Shown in pieces: positions 38,201 to 50,200 of a stretch of 64,000 nt of DNA. The notes beneath the pieces are model-generated. The model made no database searches. It was not told where the DNA came from and saw nothing but the letters and a program-made list of their open reading frames with translations. Both the position numbers and the translations under genes were made by a program. The stretch is from NCBI GenBank assembly GCA_002633005.1, contig NMRA01000163.1:559961-623960 (forward strand). The letters are read 5' to 3'. Numbering within the stretch: position 1 is the first letter of the stretch; the number at the start of each line of letters is the position of its first letter. Source of the stretch: Phoronis australis (Eukaryota; Animalia; Phoronida).

Positions 38201-38466
38201 TTGCAAGCAGTTTATCCCGTTCAATCTGGCATCTTTTTGGTCACATCACGTGACCTAATGAATATAAGTCCGAAAAGGTTTCTGCCCCCGACTGGGACTC
38301 GAACCCAGGACCTTCTGCTCACCTGAGTTCGAGTCCCCGTCGGGGGCAAAAATCTTTTCGGACTTATATTCGTTAGGTCATGTGTTCAACCAAAGATGGT
38401 GGATTGAACGGATAAACTGCTTACAACATATTCCACACCTCGGCTGAATAAGATATATATATATAC
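38201..38466. mobile_element. Fold-back element with two outward-facing B boxes
   Basis: Inverted arms of about 100 bp spanning 38201-38426, a (TA)n tail, and flanking 11-bp direct repeat AAACCCAGTAT (38189-38199, 38467-38477). Confidence 0.7.
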
Positions 38467-41262
38467 AAACCCAGTATGGCTGTGCAAAATGCTCTGGAAA
38501 ATTCGTTCCATAGTATGTTATTTTAGTTAGGCAAGTAGTGTTTTCAGGATATTTAACCAAGAAATAGTCTGGGAATTTGTGTTTTTAAGTGGAAGTCGTC
38601 TCTGGTAGGCATACCAGTTGCTGTAGTTTAGTCTCGAATTGGCTGTAGAATGCCCCAACAATGCCTTTAAATTCGTGTTTATGACTGATGCTGTAATAAC
38701 AAAACGGGTCTACCTGTCAGTTTCCAAAAATTAGCCCTGATGAGCTAGACTGGACTTGCAGTCTCTACAATCAGTTTGGAAACTGACTGAACTCAGCAGC
38801 GAGGAAACTGGAGCGTTTCATAGTGTAATGGCTGTGTATGATTGGCATCGCTCAGGTTCCGCCAGGTCAACCAGCTAAGACATATGATTGTTCATAGCGG
38901 TGACATCATGCTTACAAACCAGTCAGATGCTGGTTGACCTGGATGAACCAGTGAAGTTGTTGAAATGCAGCTAATGTCACACTTCATGTTTTTCTCTACT
39001 ATAGTCATAACTTTGAAACTCCCATAGTTGTTTAACGAATATACTCTTTTCTGTGTTCAAGTAATTCTCATGTTAGATGGTACAACTCCGTCTATTGGTA
39101 GTTAATGGCAGTGATATTAAGTCAAATACCGAATTATATGTTTATCGAAAGTTGCTTACCCTAAATTCGAACAGAATTGTGCACTTGACAACAATCTTCT
39201 ACTGTGTCCACATTGTAAGAATTAGAGGTGTGTTTAATAAATTGGAACTTCTTCAAAAATGTGTGTACCAGGGAGGGAATTTGAGATTGTTCTTTTAAAG
39301 GGGAGTTTGAAATGTTGATTTTATAAAAAATTCTATATTGAACGTTGATGATAAGAAATTCTATATTGAACGGTCAGAATTCATGACTTGATTCATAACA
39401 TTTGAATATAAAGTTTTCCCACGCATTAGTGTCATTGTGTATTTCAGATGTTACCTGTCATGTTTTGCACAGGTATCATTCCCGTTGGTGCCTTTTTGGT
39501 TATGCATTCAGCATCCGTTTTCATTTGTAGCACATCCGGACATTGTGGTAGTGCAATCATAGTTTAAAATTTGAAGTTTGTTTTTAATAATCTATGTGTA
39601 GTAAGCAAGAGAAACAATAACCAGTATCCAATATACATCAATTCTATTCTCTATTAACTAGACCACAAGTTATGATACAAAACAAAGTGTGGTTATCCTC
39701 ATGGACTACCGCCATATCAGAACCAATAGCAAATACGTGGTCTAGTAAGTTGCAACCATGATGGATACGAAAGAAATTCTAAATGCATCTTTGCCAAGAA
39801 TTTCCCCTTTTAATACATAAACCATTAAAATATCTTACCCAGGAACCTTTATCATTTCAACTGAGCTTTACGAAAAATCGGATCGTGCAGTTTACAAATC
39901 TTCATTGGTCTCCCCCAGCCTCTTTTGAGAACACCAGTGCGCAAAGAGTATAGTATTAAAATGGGAAGACTGTCATTATGTGCTCCAGTGTAGAACCAAT
40001 GTTGGGGTATGCATCTGGTGTGTGATGTTACGAACATTAAACTAGTTCCGTGAACATTTAAAATAGATCGAGCTATGTGTTTTTATTTATGGGTAACGGG
40101 TTTACGCTTGCTCATGCTATCTGTGGTGGTATGCGGTGGCCCGGCAGAAAGCAGGCTTATGGGCATATAATTGTTATTTTTTTAGTATTACCCCATAGTG
40201 TGAATCTCCAATTTTATTCTTGCCAATAGATGTCTCCTTGTATGTCTCTTGTAACACTGACAACACGGTTGTATTTGTGTATTGAATGGTTAGCCTGTAG
40301 ATTTACTAGCTGCCATACAGGGATATGCCGAGTTGCTGTATGTAATCTAGGTAGTGTGGTTAATTTTTGACTAAGCACTTAGCCACGGTAATTCCGTAGT
40401 TTTTATTTAGTAGCCTACTTCCTGAGAATTAAGATTACAGGTTCTAGCTTGGACGCTCTTGACGGCCAATATCCGTATAATTGACGAGGCTTTAGCTAGG
40501 GAGCCCTGGGCCGGAAAGGCGGGAGCTCTGATGAACAGAGGTCGGTCACGTGACATAATTTTACGACGTGTTATTCAAGTCACAAGCACGTGCACGTGCA
40601 TGGTGGTAAAAATATAATTTCATTTCGCATTACATCACTCAAGAGTTCAAGTTGATCTAGGCTACATGTACTTTGATAAGGACAGTTGTCAGTACGTGGC
40701 GGAAATGCCATGGTCCCTCTAAACTTTTAGCCACCGTGACGATTTCGTAGACCCAAGTCCCAGACCAATAAACACTCGTGAGCACTAGCGGGAAGACTTC
40801 TGTTCCGGTGCGCCCGCTCCCAAACTCCAAACGCGCCTAAACTATCCCCTACCCGGTGACCAAACTCCGTATGCGGGCCATTATGTACGGGGCACTGAAC
40901 AATTAAATTCTTAAAACTGCAAAGTGTTTTTCTATCGAAGTTAGTGCTTTGTGATTGCAAAAGAACAAGTCAGAAAAGTTCACTTCAGTCGAAGGCAAGA
41001 TCGCCGACGAGAGCATTGCTTCATGTAGGGACTAAAAATTATCGCGAACAGCTCGTCACTTATTTGTGTCATATAGATCGCACATGTTTCTAAGTAAACA
41101 GGGGTTTGTAAGAAAACTATATTGCCGTCGACTTAATGCCTGCGCCCATATTATACCGGTATACAATTAATGTCGCTACTGAAACAGGAACAAAACACGT
41201 TGACAGCGACAGATCGTCATATCAATATGCGGCTCAATAAATTTTAACATAGCTTAATTACA

Positions 41263-41620
41263 GGAAGTTGAAGGCAACCGCGTTTCTCCGAGCCTATAGG
41301 CCTAGTGATCTGCCTCCCGTTCATTAACGCTAGGACCTCGCTAAAAAGCAAGACTTCGCGAGATTACGAGAGATATTGCCGTGTATTTTTAATTAGAACA
41401 CGTGACTTTGGCTAAATTTTAGCTAGGGCCTAGCTTACGTAGGTCCTAGCGTTAGTGAACGCACGCCAGTAATGAGTGCTTCGCGCAAGGAGAAGCAGGC
41501 CTACTCCGAAGTCCTGTGAGAGCGAACGCGGCAAGTCTTCGGTCTTGCAGCGAGCGAGCGAACATTATACAGATAAGGTTCGTGTATTGCATTTCAGTCA
41601 GTACCGAATCAACCACAATT
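41263..41620 (+). repeat. About 360-bp direct repeat, copy 1
   Basis: Differs from 43916-44276 by 3 substitutions and one 3-nt indel (hand comparison). Confidence 0.95.
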
Positions 41621-42266
41621 TAAAAGGGAACTGTATTTTATTCTGAATAAATTCTGGATAGTTTTCTATGAATTGGTGATTAATTTCACAAATAATTCAA
41701 CACGAAAAATTAAACTTATGTTCTCTAACGAAGCTCAAAAAATTACCGGCTTAGAGCGCTGCTTAGTCTCGTGACGTATTTGGCGGGGGCAAAGTCACTG
41801 TCCTGTGTTAGCGTGCAATCAAGTAGCGTTTTTATATTGTCGGAATAAGAAATTTTAGTGTGAAATTTCGGGTCACAAGGGATACCTGTTTGAGCCAAGG
41901 CAACACAAAGTGATACCTAGTCATCGTCATCGTCAGACGAAAATTTGCCGGTGTAACTGGTGTCAGTGACTGTGCCGAGGGCAATGTGGACTCTAGCCAT
42001 CCAGTCAGCCAGTTGTCAGCCAATACTCCGGCAGCTCTGTAAACCTGAAGGGTTGGTAAGTTACCGACTGTACCTGTATGAAGACTATCGTACCACTGTT
42101 TGTTGAGCTCCGTTAACCCCGAAATTTCAGACAGCCATTGACTACCCGGGTATAGTTGACTCAGTTATGCTCGTCACCTCGTCGTAAAACTTAGGCTACA
42201 TCAACATATAAAGCTAACGGACCGGCGGGGGCGCATGCAAAATCTGATATAGTCACCCGACACTTC

Positions 42267-42462
42267 NNNNNNNNNNNNNNNNNNNNNNNNNNNNNNNNNN
42301 NNNNNNNNNNNNNNNNNNNNNNNNNNNNNNNNNNNNNNNNNNNNNNNNNNNNNNNNNNNNNNNNNNNNNNNNNNNNNNNNNNNNNNNNNNNNNNNNNNNN
42401 NNNNNNNNNNNNNNNNNNNNNNNNNNNNNNNNNNNNNNNNNNNNNNNNNNNNNNNNNNNNNN
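42267..42462. other. Assembly gap
   Basis: Run of N. Confidence 1.
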
Positions 42463-42924
42463 AAAAAGTCCTTAACTCAGTATGTTACCACTAAATTACA
42501 CAAAGTCTGCCAGACACAACTTTTTGAAAAAGACATACTTTTTATCATCAGGGGCACCCAAAGGACACTGGTTCAAATGTGGTCAGGAATATCCCTGTTT
42601 ATGCAATACCAGTCTGAGGGAGGTGCACACAGATTTTACTTGGGACTTAGAACAGTTGAAGCTGGCAGCCTAGGCTTGGCAAAATTTAAGTGTCCAACCT
42701 TTATGTTTAAAATATGGTTAACTTATTGGTCATCGGGAAATTCTTCCGCCCCTGTTGTAAATCACAGGCATCCTCAACTTCTGATCATCCTTAATAATAT
42801 AGGCCTACCACAAGGCATGACACTCGGAACTGGTAATTCCATGAGTGCTTCACTTCACACAAAAATCGAGTGTACGACCTTTTTGTATTATAGTGTATTT
42901 GGAGCGGTCAGACTCAGAGGCTGA

Positions 42925-43395
42925 TGACGCCTGTGGTTTTACTCAGACGTCCTCAGCTTCTGGTCGTACCCAATACACTATACATATATACAACACAGTA
43001 TGACACTCAGGACTAAAAAAATCATGTGTGCTTCACTGGGTCACTACAGCTGTCAATATCAAAGGCGAAACTCAATGAATTTACACAAAACAAGGGTTCC
43101 GCAATAGCCGGCAAACCATGATCAATTCAAAGGTGTCCTCATCCTCTGTATATAAATACTACAAGGTATGACACTCGGGACAAGGAATTCCACGGGTGGT
43201 TCACTACCAGGAGAAAGATATATTGCTCGTTGTTTGTTGGACCCCTGTTTTGTGTACATTTATTGAGTTTTGTATCTGATATGGGCGAATCCCGAGTGTC
43301 ATATCTTGTAGTATATTGTGTGCCCAATTTGTATTGGCCATTGGCCTGATTGGCGATCAGAAGCTGAGAACGTCTGTGGTATAAATCATGTTTTG
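42925..43395. mobile_element. Inverted-repeat (MITE-like) element
   Basis: CAGACGTCCTCAGCTTCTGGTCG..ATGACACTCAGGA is mirrored by TCCCGAGTGTCAT..CGATCAGAAGCTGAGAACGTCTG. Confidence 0.55.
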
Positions 43396-43915
43396 TATAC
43401 TCTTACAGACACTGGCATGACATGCAAAGTGAAAAAATATGAAACTTACCAGAAATCTGAAGTTCACTGTGAAAATCCTTCACTATTCTGTTACACACGT
43501 TGGTTTCAAACTCTAAACAACTCAAGTGTTCTTCAACGGAAATTTCAAAATGGCGGTTTTTTTCATGAAGGTCACCTGGTGGAAAGTTTTCTTTAAACAA
43601 TAAAATTACACTGTAATACAGCTGCTGGTAATTGATTTTTTATGAAAATTGAAAAGTTTTATTGTCACACATCTGATTTTTTAAAAAAAATCAAAAGTTT
43701 TAGCCTTCCTGTGGGCAAGCCTCTAACTGCCCTCTTGTGTTCAAGTCTGTGTTTACCGGTCCAATACCGGCGAGCCGCTAAGGGAAAGTTCACTGGGTTA
43801 GTGTCGTGGGGACGGTACTGGGCCATTCGTGGCCCAGAAACGTAAACCGGTATACGGTACAAGCGTTATCAAGCAACAGAAATACAGTACTGGGCCAATA
43901 CTGTCATGTTTACTG

Positions 43916-44276
43916 GGAAGTTGAAGGCAACCGCGTTTCTCTGAGCCTATAGGCCTAGTGATCCGATGCCTCCCGTTCATTAACGCTAGGACCTCGCTAA
44001 AAAGCAAGACTTCGCGAGATTACGAGAGATATTGCCGTGTATTTTTAATTAGAACACGTGACTTTGGCTAAATTTTAGCTAGGGCCTAGCGTACGTAGGT
44101 CCTAGCGTTAGTGAACGCACGCCAGTAATGAGTGCTTCGCGCAAGGAGAAGCACGCCTACTCCGAAGTCCTGTGAGAGCGAACGCGGCAAGTCTTCGGTC
44201 TTGCAGCGAGCGAGCGAACATTATACAGATAAGGTTCGTGTATTGCATTTCAGTCAGTACCGAATCAACCACAATT
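43916..44276 (+). repeat. About 360-bp direct repeat, copy 2
   Basis: Near-identical to 41263-41620. Confidence 0.95.
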
Positions 44277-44741
44277 AAAGTTAACGAAATCAAAGGTTCA
44301 GGTCCTTAACGGGTTTAGCGCTGTTGTGAGGAGACGGGGCGGAGCAACCGACATCCGCGCATATAGGCCCTAGAATCGTCATGCCGACGTTGTTTTTCTG
44401 GTGGCACCTGTTAACGTGAGGCGGGCGCCTGCCCTCAAATCCCAGTAGCCAATTAAGCCCCCTTATTATTCAATTTCCTTCATTGCAGTTAAAATGTAAG
44501 GCTCCCCACCAAACAGTTATGGTGGCCTCACTTGCGGCGAAATGGGGCACACTGGCATCAGGTAGAGGAGGGATATAGTCTCGAACTCATTGAGAGTCTG
44601 GGTGTGGACAAATCTCGAAAGCGAGACCATTTGGTAAGATGTTTAAAACATAAGCCTGACAAAGCCTCTCTGATTACATAGAGGGTTCTTCGAATGAACG
44701 CTGTCTTTTCACACGAAGCTCCGATCTGATTTATATGTAGG

Positions 44742-44905
44742 CAGTGGCGGATTTAGAGGGGGGCCAAGGGGGCCATGGCCCCCTCTAAAATTACCCCAGC
44801 TTACATTTAGCAGTTCGGGGGTGCAAATGTCTGACTGGCAAACTACTGGCCAATACTCTGCCCTGCCGCCCCCCCCTCCAACTCAAAATCCTGGATCCGC
44901 CCCCG
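44742..44905. mobile_element. hAT-like MITE
   Basis: Termini CAGTGGCGGATTTAG and CTGGATCCGCCCCCG; internal GGGGGCCATGGCCCCC; GTAGG on both flanks. Confidence 0.7.
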
Positions 44906-45904
44906 GTAGGCCTATATATCAACATTTCAAGTTGTCTCTTATATCTCTCATTTGCTTTAATTTTGCTGAGACAAATACTAATCAATTGCCCGGCGCTGGA
45001 TAATTTCAATTACTCGCTGTTCCATTCTGAATTAAATTCAATGGATACAACCGTGACGAAGAAGCTCAATTGTACTGTAAACCAAAACAGGTTTTCTGCT
45101 GGAACATTTTAATCAGCGTGATCACATTGAGTCCACGTGTGTCATCTGGATTATCACTCAAGTTACACCAGCTTCATGTACTAAAGGTAAACGTTTTTTT
45201 ACGTTCAAGTGATTTTGAGCAGCATTTCGCACTGATAAGCTGGCTAAAGAGATAAAATAGAATTACACGCTCACGTCACAGGCAATGCGCAAATCGAATT
45301 TGCACTTGGGTTGCAGGGCCAACACAAATATACTCGGAAGGGCTTTCTTGAGTCGCTGATGTTTTCAAAATTGATGTTCTTGTTGGCAACGGGCATAGAA
45401 TCCTGTCACTCTAAGAAGTATTATGAGGCCGATCGTATGAGAGTAAAAGGCCAAATTCGATTTTTGTGTTTAGACAGCTACGCAGCGCAATATTCACATT
45501 TATATAAGCTTTATTTAAGAAGTTAACGTTTTAAACACGGATGTGAGTTGGGTAAAATCGCCAATCCAAATCCCGACGAAATGACCATGATTAGCAGACG
45601 ACGTACTTGCCAGAAGTAAAGCGTGCTATATCTGCCTCTCGTCGCTAATGAATAATGACGTCACAGCTTATGCGTAAGATCACAGATTTCGCCCATGGAC
45701 TATGATCAGATGAAAATAAAAACCATGCATTTACAATATTGATTGGCGCAACTTCATCGAACATAAGGCCAGATTATAAACGCGGGGTGTGATCTACATA
45801 CCCACCACTCACCATGTCACTTGAGCATTAGAATACAAGGCCTGTTTCTATTTTTGAATATCCGTCATAAAGATTACAAAAAGGAACAGCGAACAATTTA
45901 AATC

Positions 45905-46089
45905 ATGGATCTGCCATTGAACCAATTACAAAAAGCGGAAGCAATAAGCCTAAAGGATAACTTGAAATTTTGAAGCGCGCTAACATACCAGATGGATCTG
46001 CCATCGAACCAATTACAGAAAGCGGGAGCAATAAGCCTACAGGATAATTTGAAATTTTGAAATGCGCTTACATACATGTAGCAGATGGA
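45905..46089 (+). repeat. 87-bp tandem duplication upstream of GSS paralog 2
   Basis: ATGGATCTGCCATYGAACCAATTACA...TTGAAATTTTGAA twice (starting 45905 and 45992). Confidence 0.9.
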
Positions 46090-47116
46090 AGCTAAGTGTA
46101 GTAAAAAGCGATTAGAACAAATAGCCCCGTTTAGAGTTGTTCAACAGGCTTTAATGCTAAATTGGAGCAAGATGAGAGACTACTGACTTGGTTCCTCAGA
46201 GAGGAATTAACTATTTTTTGCAGGTTTGGCCTGCAGTGTTTCTGGGCCAACAATTGAATAACTGGACGACCGACTAATTGTGCAAAGCAACACGCCTGCA
46301 TTAAAAGGAAGAATACTACTAATAATAAATTACAGGTCAATGGACAGTTGTACCAGGGTCGTCGGGGTAGTCAAGTGCGAGGTACATGCCATCGTTTTCT
46401 ACTGAAACTATTTTTGATAAAGTGGGTGAGATGATTTAAACTCTGATTAACTGAGCGTTATTTTATGCAAGTGCATGTGTTGTAACAACTGGTCGCTTGA
46501 TAAATCACTTACGTCTGAGAACACATTTTTACATTCGAGAAGTTGCAAAATCTATTTCCAACGCCTGAAAGTAAGATTAAAAATTGATTCACTGAAACTG
46601 TGTTACCGCTATTCAAATTTTAACTTATTGGAGCGGGTTAATCAGTTTTCGAACACAGAGAATATTTAATTGGCTTACAAAAGCCGGGTGATAGGGGTAA
46701 AATCCGCAAATGTTTTGTTCATGATATTAACTGCACCAATCTCTTGTTTCATAGAAGCACACAAAGTGTTTGCTCGGGGAACTTCTAATCACATGCTGGC
46801 GATAAATATTCATGTAGCTTGAATACGCTACACTTTCATTCATCCAGTCACATACAGTTGCTAGTAGGAGGCACACTGAAGGATAGAAATTCAGTCATAA
46901 CAAGAAAGCAATTTGTCGAAAAGCGTTACTAAACTGGTCACTACTGCTAGTGCTGTATGTACTGTATTTGTCGCCGCGGTTGCATTTTTGCTCAGAACTT
47001 GCGCGGTCGACGTGTTACTCTTGCAGGGCTCGTTTGATTTCCAGTGAGGATATCTCACTGTTGACAGGTCGATGTAATTGAAATTCACTCGTTTATTCCA
47101 GAGATTGGGCAATGCT

Positions 47117-47204
47117 ATGAGCGCAATGTCGTGGATGGAGAACCTTAGTGAACAACAGATTGAGGAGATCGGTTCGTTTGCAAGAGACTGGGCGTTTCTT
47201 CATG
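47117..47204 (+). CDS. GSS: GSS paralog 2 coding exon 1
   Basis: MSAMSWMENLSEQQIEEIGSFARDWAFLH|gttagt; acceptor ttccag at 47100-47101. Confidence 0.85.
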
Positions 47205-50200
47205 GTTAGTCGTTTCATTATTCTCGTAACTACTCTATCTGTATCTGGATATCACGTTCAAGGAAATCGTAGGCAACTAGACAAACTTGGAATAGAACAA
47301 AACCTATTTTAACTTTTTTCTTTCGTGGATGTAGGAAAAAGTAACATATTGGATGGCTGACGTGTGTTTCAAAATATCTCGGGCACTCGCGTTGCTTAAC
47401 AAAGGATGTGCATACAACATTACGTCTCAAAATGCAATTATTCAGGTTTGCCTGAAGAACAATGGCTGCACTTGATTGAGAAATCTGATTGGTTCTCGAT
47501 GTCTAGTTCCGGCTTTTAAACCAATCAGGTGTCTTAGCCGTTTGACCCAGCGTGACTGGCTACGTCAATCATGTGCAGCCAATGTTGATTTACGTAATTC
47601 TTACTGTGTGGAAAATGACTTGTTCATTTGCAGCTATAAGAATCAGAACAAGTGCTTGCCACATGTGTTGTATTGTGGGTGTATATCTTAGAATCAGAGT
47701 GGTGTTGTGCTGTTTCTTCACATGAGGCAACTCGCACGCTAACATTTAGCCTTTGTTTCCCTTTCGTAATTGCGACCGAAACTTCGCTCGTGTCGTACAA
47801 CTGTAATCGTTACATTCGATGAAATACTGTTTTGCATAACACGTGAGCTCTGAAGATGTTGCACAGTTATAAATTCACGCTCCAAGCTTTTGCCGGTAAT
47901 TTTACGCTCATAATTTTAGCAAGATGTCGTTAGATTTTAGTACCAGTCCCCGAGACCACCAATAATTCTTATTTGATGTAGTTTTGTGGTGCAAATGGTT
48001 TGTTATTCAAATGTCTTGAATAAAAAAATGAATGATTTGCCACCAACATTTAGAAATTCTACTACAATACCCCGAAAACTGTTTTTTGAAATGTTATATA
48101 TCATCTACACAGTCACACTGCTAAGAGTATAAGCGAATGAAGCTTGGCCTAAGTATTGAATAAGCACGGTAATTTCAACAAATAAAATAAAAACATTGTC
48201 AGGCAACCTGCTAGATTTATACTTTGGGACCTCAATATGTACAAAAACTAAATCCCTGTGATGGCTGGGGTAGCCCGGCCGTAAACATAACGGTCAGTCT
48301 TCGATATTTTTCAAGCCTTTACACTTGTACATGTATACTTTGCACTTGAGATTTCACCTTCTGTGCACTCCATGACATGAGCAAAAATACGAGCATAGAA
48401 TTACGAGCGAAAAATGCGGTGAGCGTAAAATTACGGGCTCACGTGACCTAAAATCCAATTTCTCATTGGATATAACAATTACGAGCGTAATTACGGGCGA
48501 CACACACGACAGTGACTAACCTTTCCTAAGCGTTAGGCACAGCCGCACTGCTGAAGAAAACCTATTCGCCAATTTCTTTAATACTGCACCAATTTTAAAA
48601 ATTCGAAGACGGCTAATATTTCCTCTTCAATTTTAAAAACAGCCATGATGGTCGTTTGCTGTATTTATTATTCGTTTTTTGGCTTTGAAATATTTATTGT
48701 TCGTTTTTTGACTTTGAAACTCGTACGCATAACAGGCACGTTGTTATGACAACAATTATCTCATCCAATACACATTCGGCCAAGCCCATGGATACCGACT
48801 AGCTCACTTACATGTAAATCTGTGACGGCGCAATCAAGTCTTTCACTTCGGTGTGAAAGACGCGCTCGTTCTCATCCACCTGCGTGCAAATAGCGTACGA
48901 GTTGCCTAATGCAGGTCGGGCCTAATACCTTGTGTACTGTGAGTTACGCCGGCCGTCCATTTGTTCGCTATCTGGGCTCCCGTGGCCGTCTTCGCTTGCG
49001 TGTCCGTGTGCATGTGTCGAGGCAGCAACTATCCATTCATTTTTTATGAGAAGCTCGAGCGTATCCTTGGATTTGTCATAGGTATTCAGTTCTCTTTTGA
49101 TATCAACATCTATCATGTCCAACTGGCAGATCTATGATATGGAATTGGTAGTGGGGCCGCCACAGTTGAAAATGAAGAAATGTCCCCTTAGCCTCTAAAT
49201 TCGGCAGATCCAGACCCCGAATCAAGCTAGATATGTTTTTACCAACTATTGAGCCAACTCTTGCGAGAATATCTTCTCTTTTAGTAGCGGCGTCGGGTCA
49301 CTGGGCACAAAAGATAACCGGAACAATAGAAACTTAGATGGCGGGTATACGAGATCTTTCGAAAAGACTGTAAATCTAGTACACTTATATTTTCGCTTAG
49401 TTCGGGAATTGGAACTGCATGAAGAACTTTTCCAGAGGTCATGTGCTTCCGCCTAAATAAGAGGAATTTCTTTACGTATTGGAACTGACACAGAAAATTT
49501 AGTAGAAGAGCAGAACAAGGAACGCTTATAGCCACCTAACTAACGTTCATGATAATTTCCCTTCATCCTCTGTCATGACAGAAGACTACTCTCTTTACGA
49601 TGAATTCGGCTTCCCCCCAACCACTATGACGGGGTCCAGAACGTTTTGCCAGAATACATTTGGCTTGTGCTGTACTTGTTCCACTTTTGACAACCAGTCT
49701 AACACGGATCTATGCAATGGAACGCACCATGTCGCACCATGTGTATTCATAATTGTTTACAATTTTCAGTGCAATGTGAAAGTTACTAAGCGTCTGTTAC
49801 AGGGATCACCGTGCGCACACCTGAGGCTCCTGAAATTTCGAATAAAGCAATGCACGTGTCTATGACTATGTTTCCTTCACCTGTCAAAAGACAGTTTTAT
49901 AATGAAGCCTTGGCACTGCAGAGTGAATTCAACCTCCTCATGTTTCGAGTTGCCTGTGATCACGATTTTTTGGAACATTGTCTAAAAAGGTAATGCATAT
50001 AGAGCGTTTGCAATTACGCCATCAGTAACCGGAAGTGTGTCATGTTGGAGGACAAGCAATCAGTTGAGTTATCGCGAGTTGTTAGCTGCTTATAATTCCA
50101 ACAGTTTGCATGGACTTCAACTATATTTTCATACTCCAAGGAACATTTAATTTCGACCTCGAGTTCAGAATTCACGCCACGCAAAATGGCCGACCCGATT

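Noticed and set aside
41263-44276. LTR retrotransposon (paired LTRs)
   Set aside because: No TG..CA termini, PBS, PPT or gag/pol remnants seen
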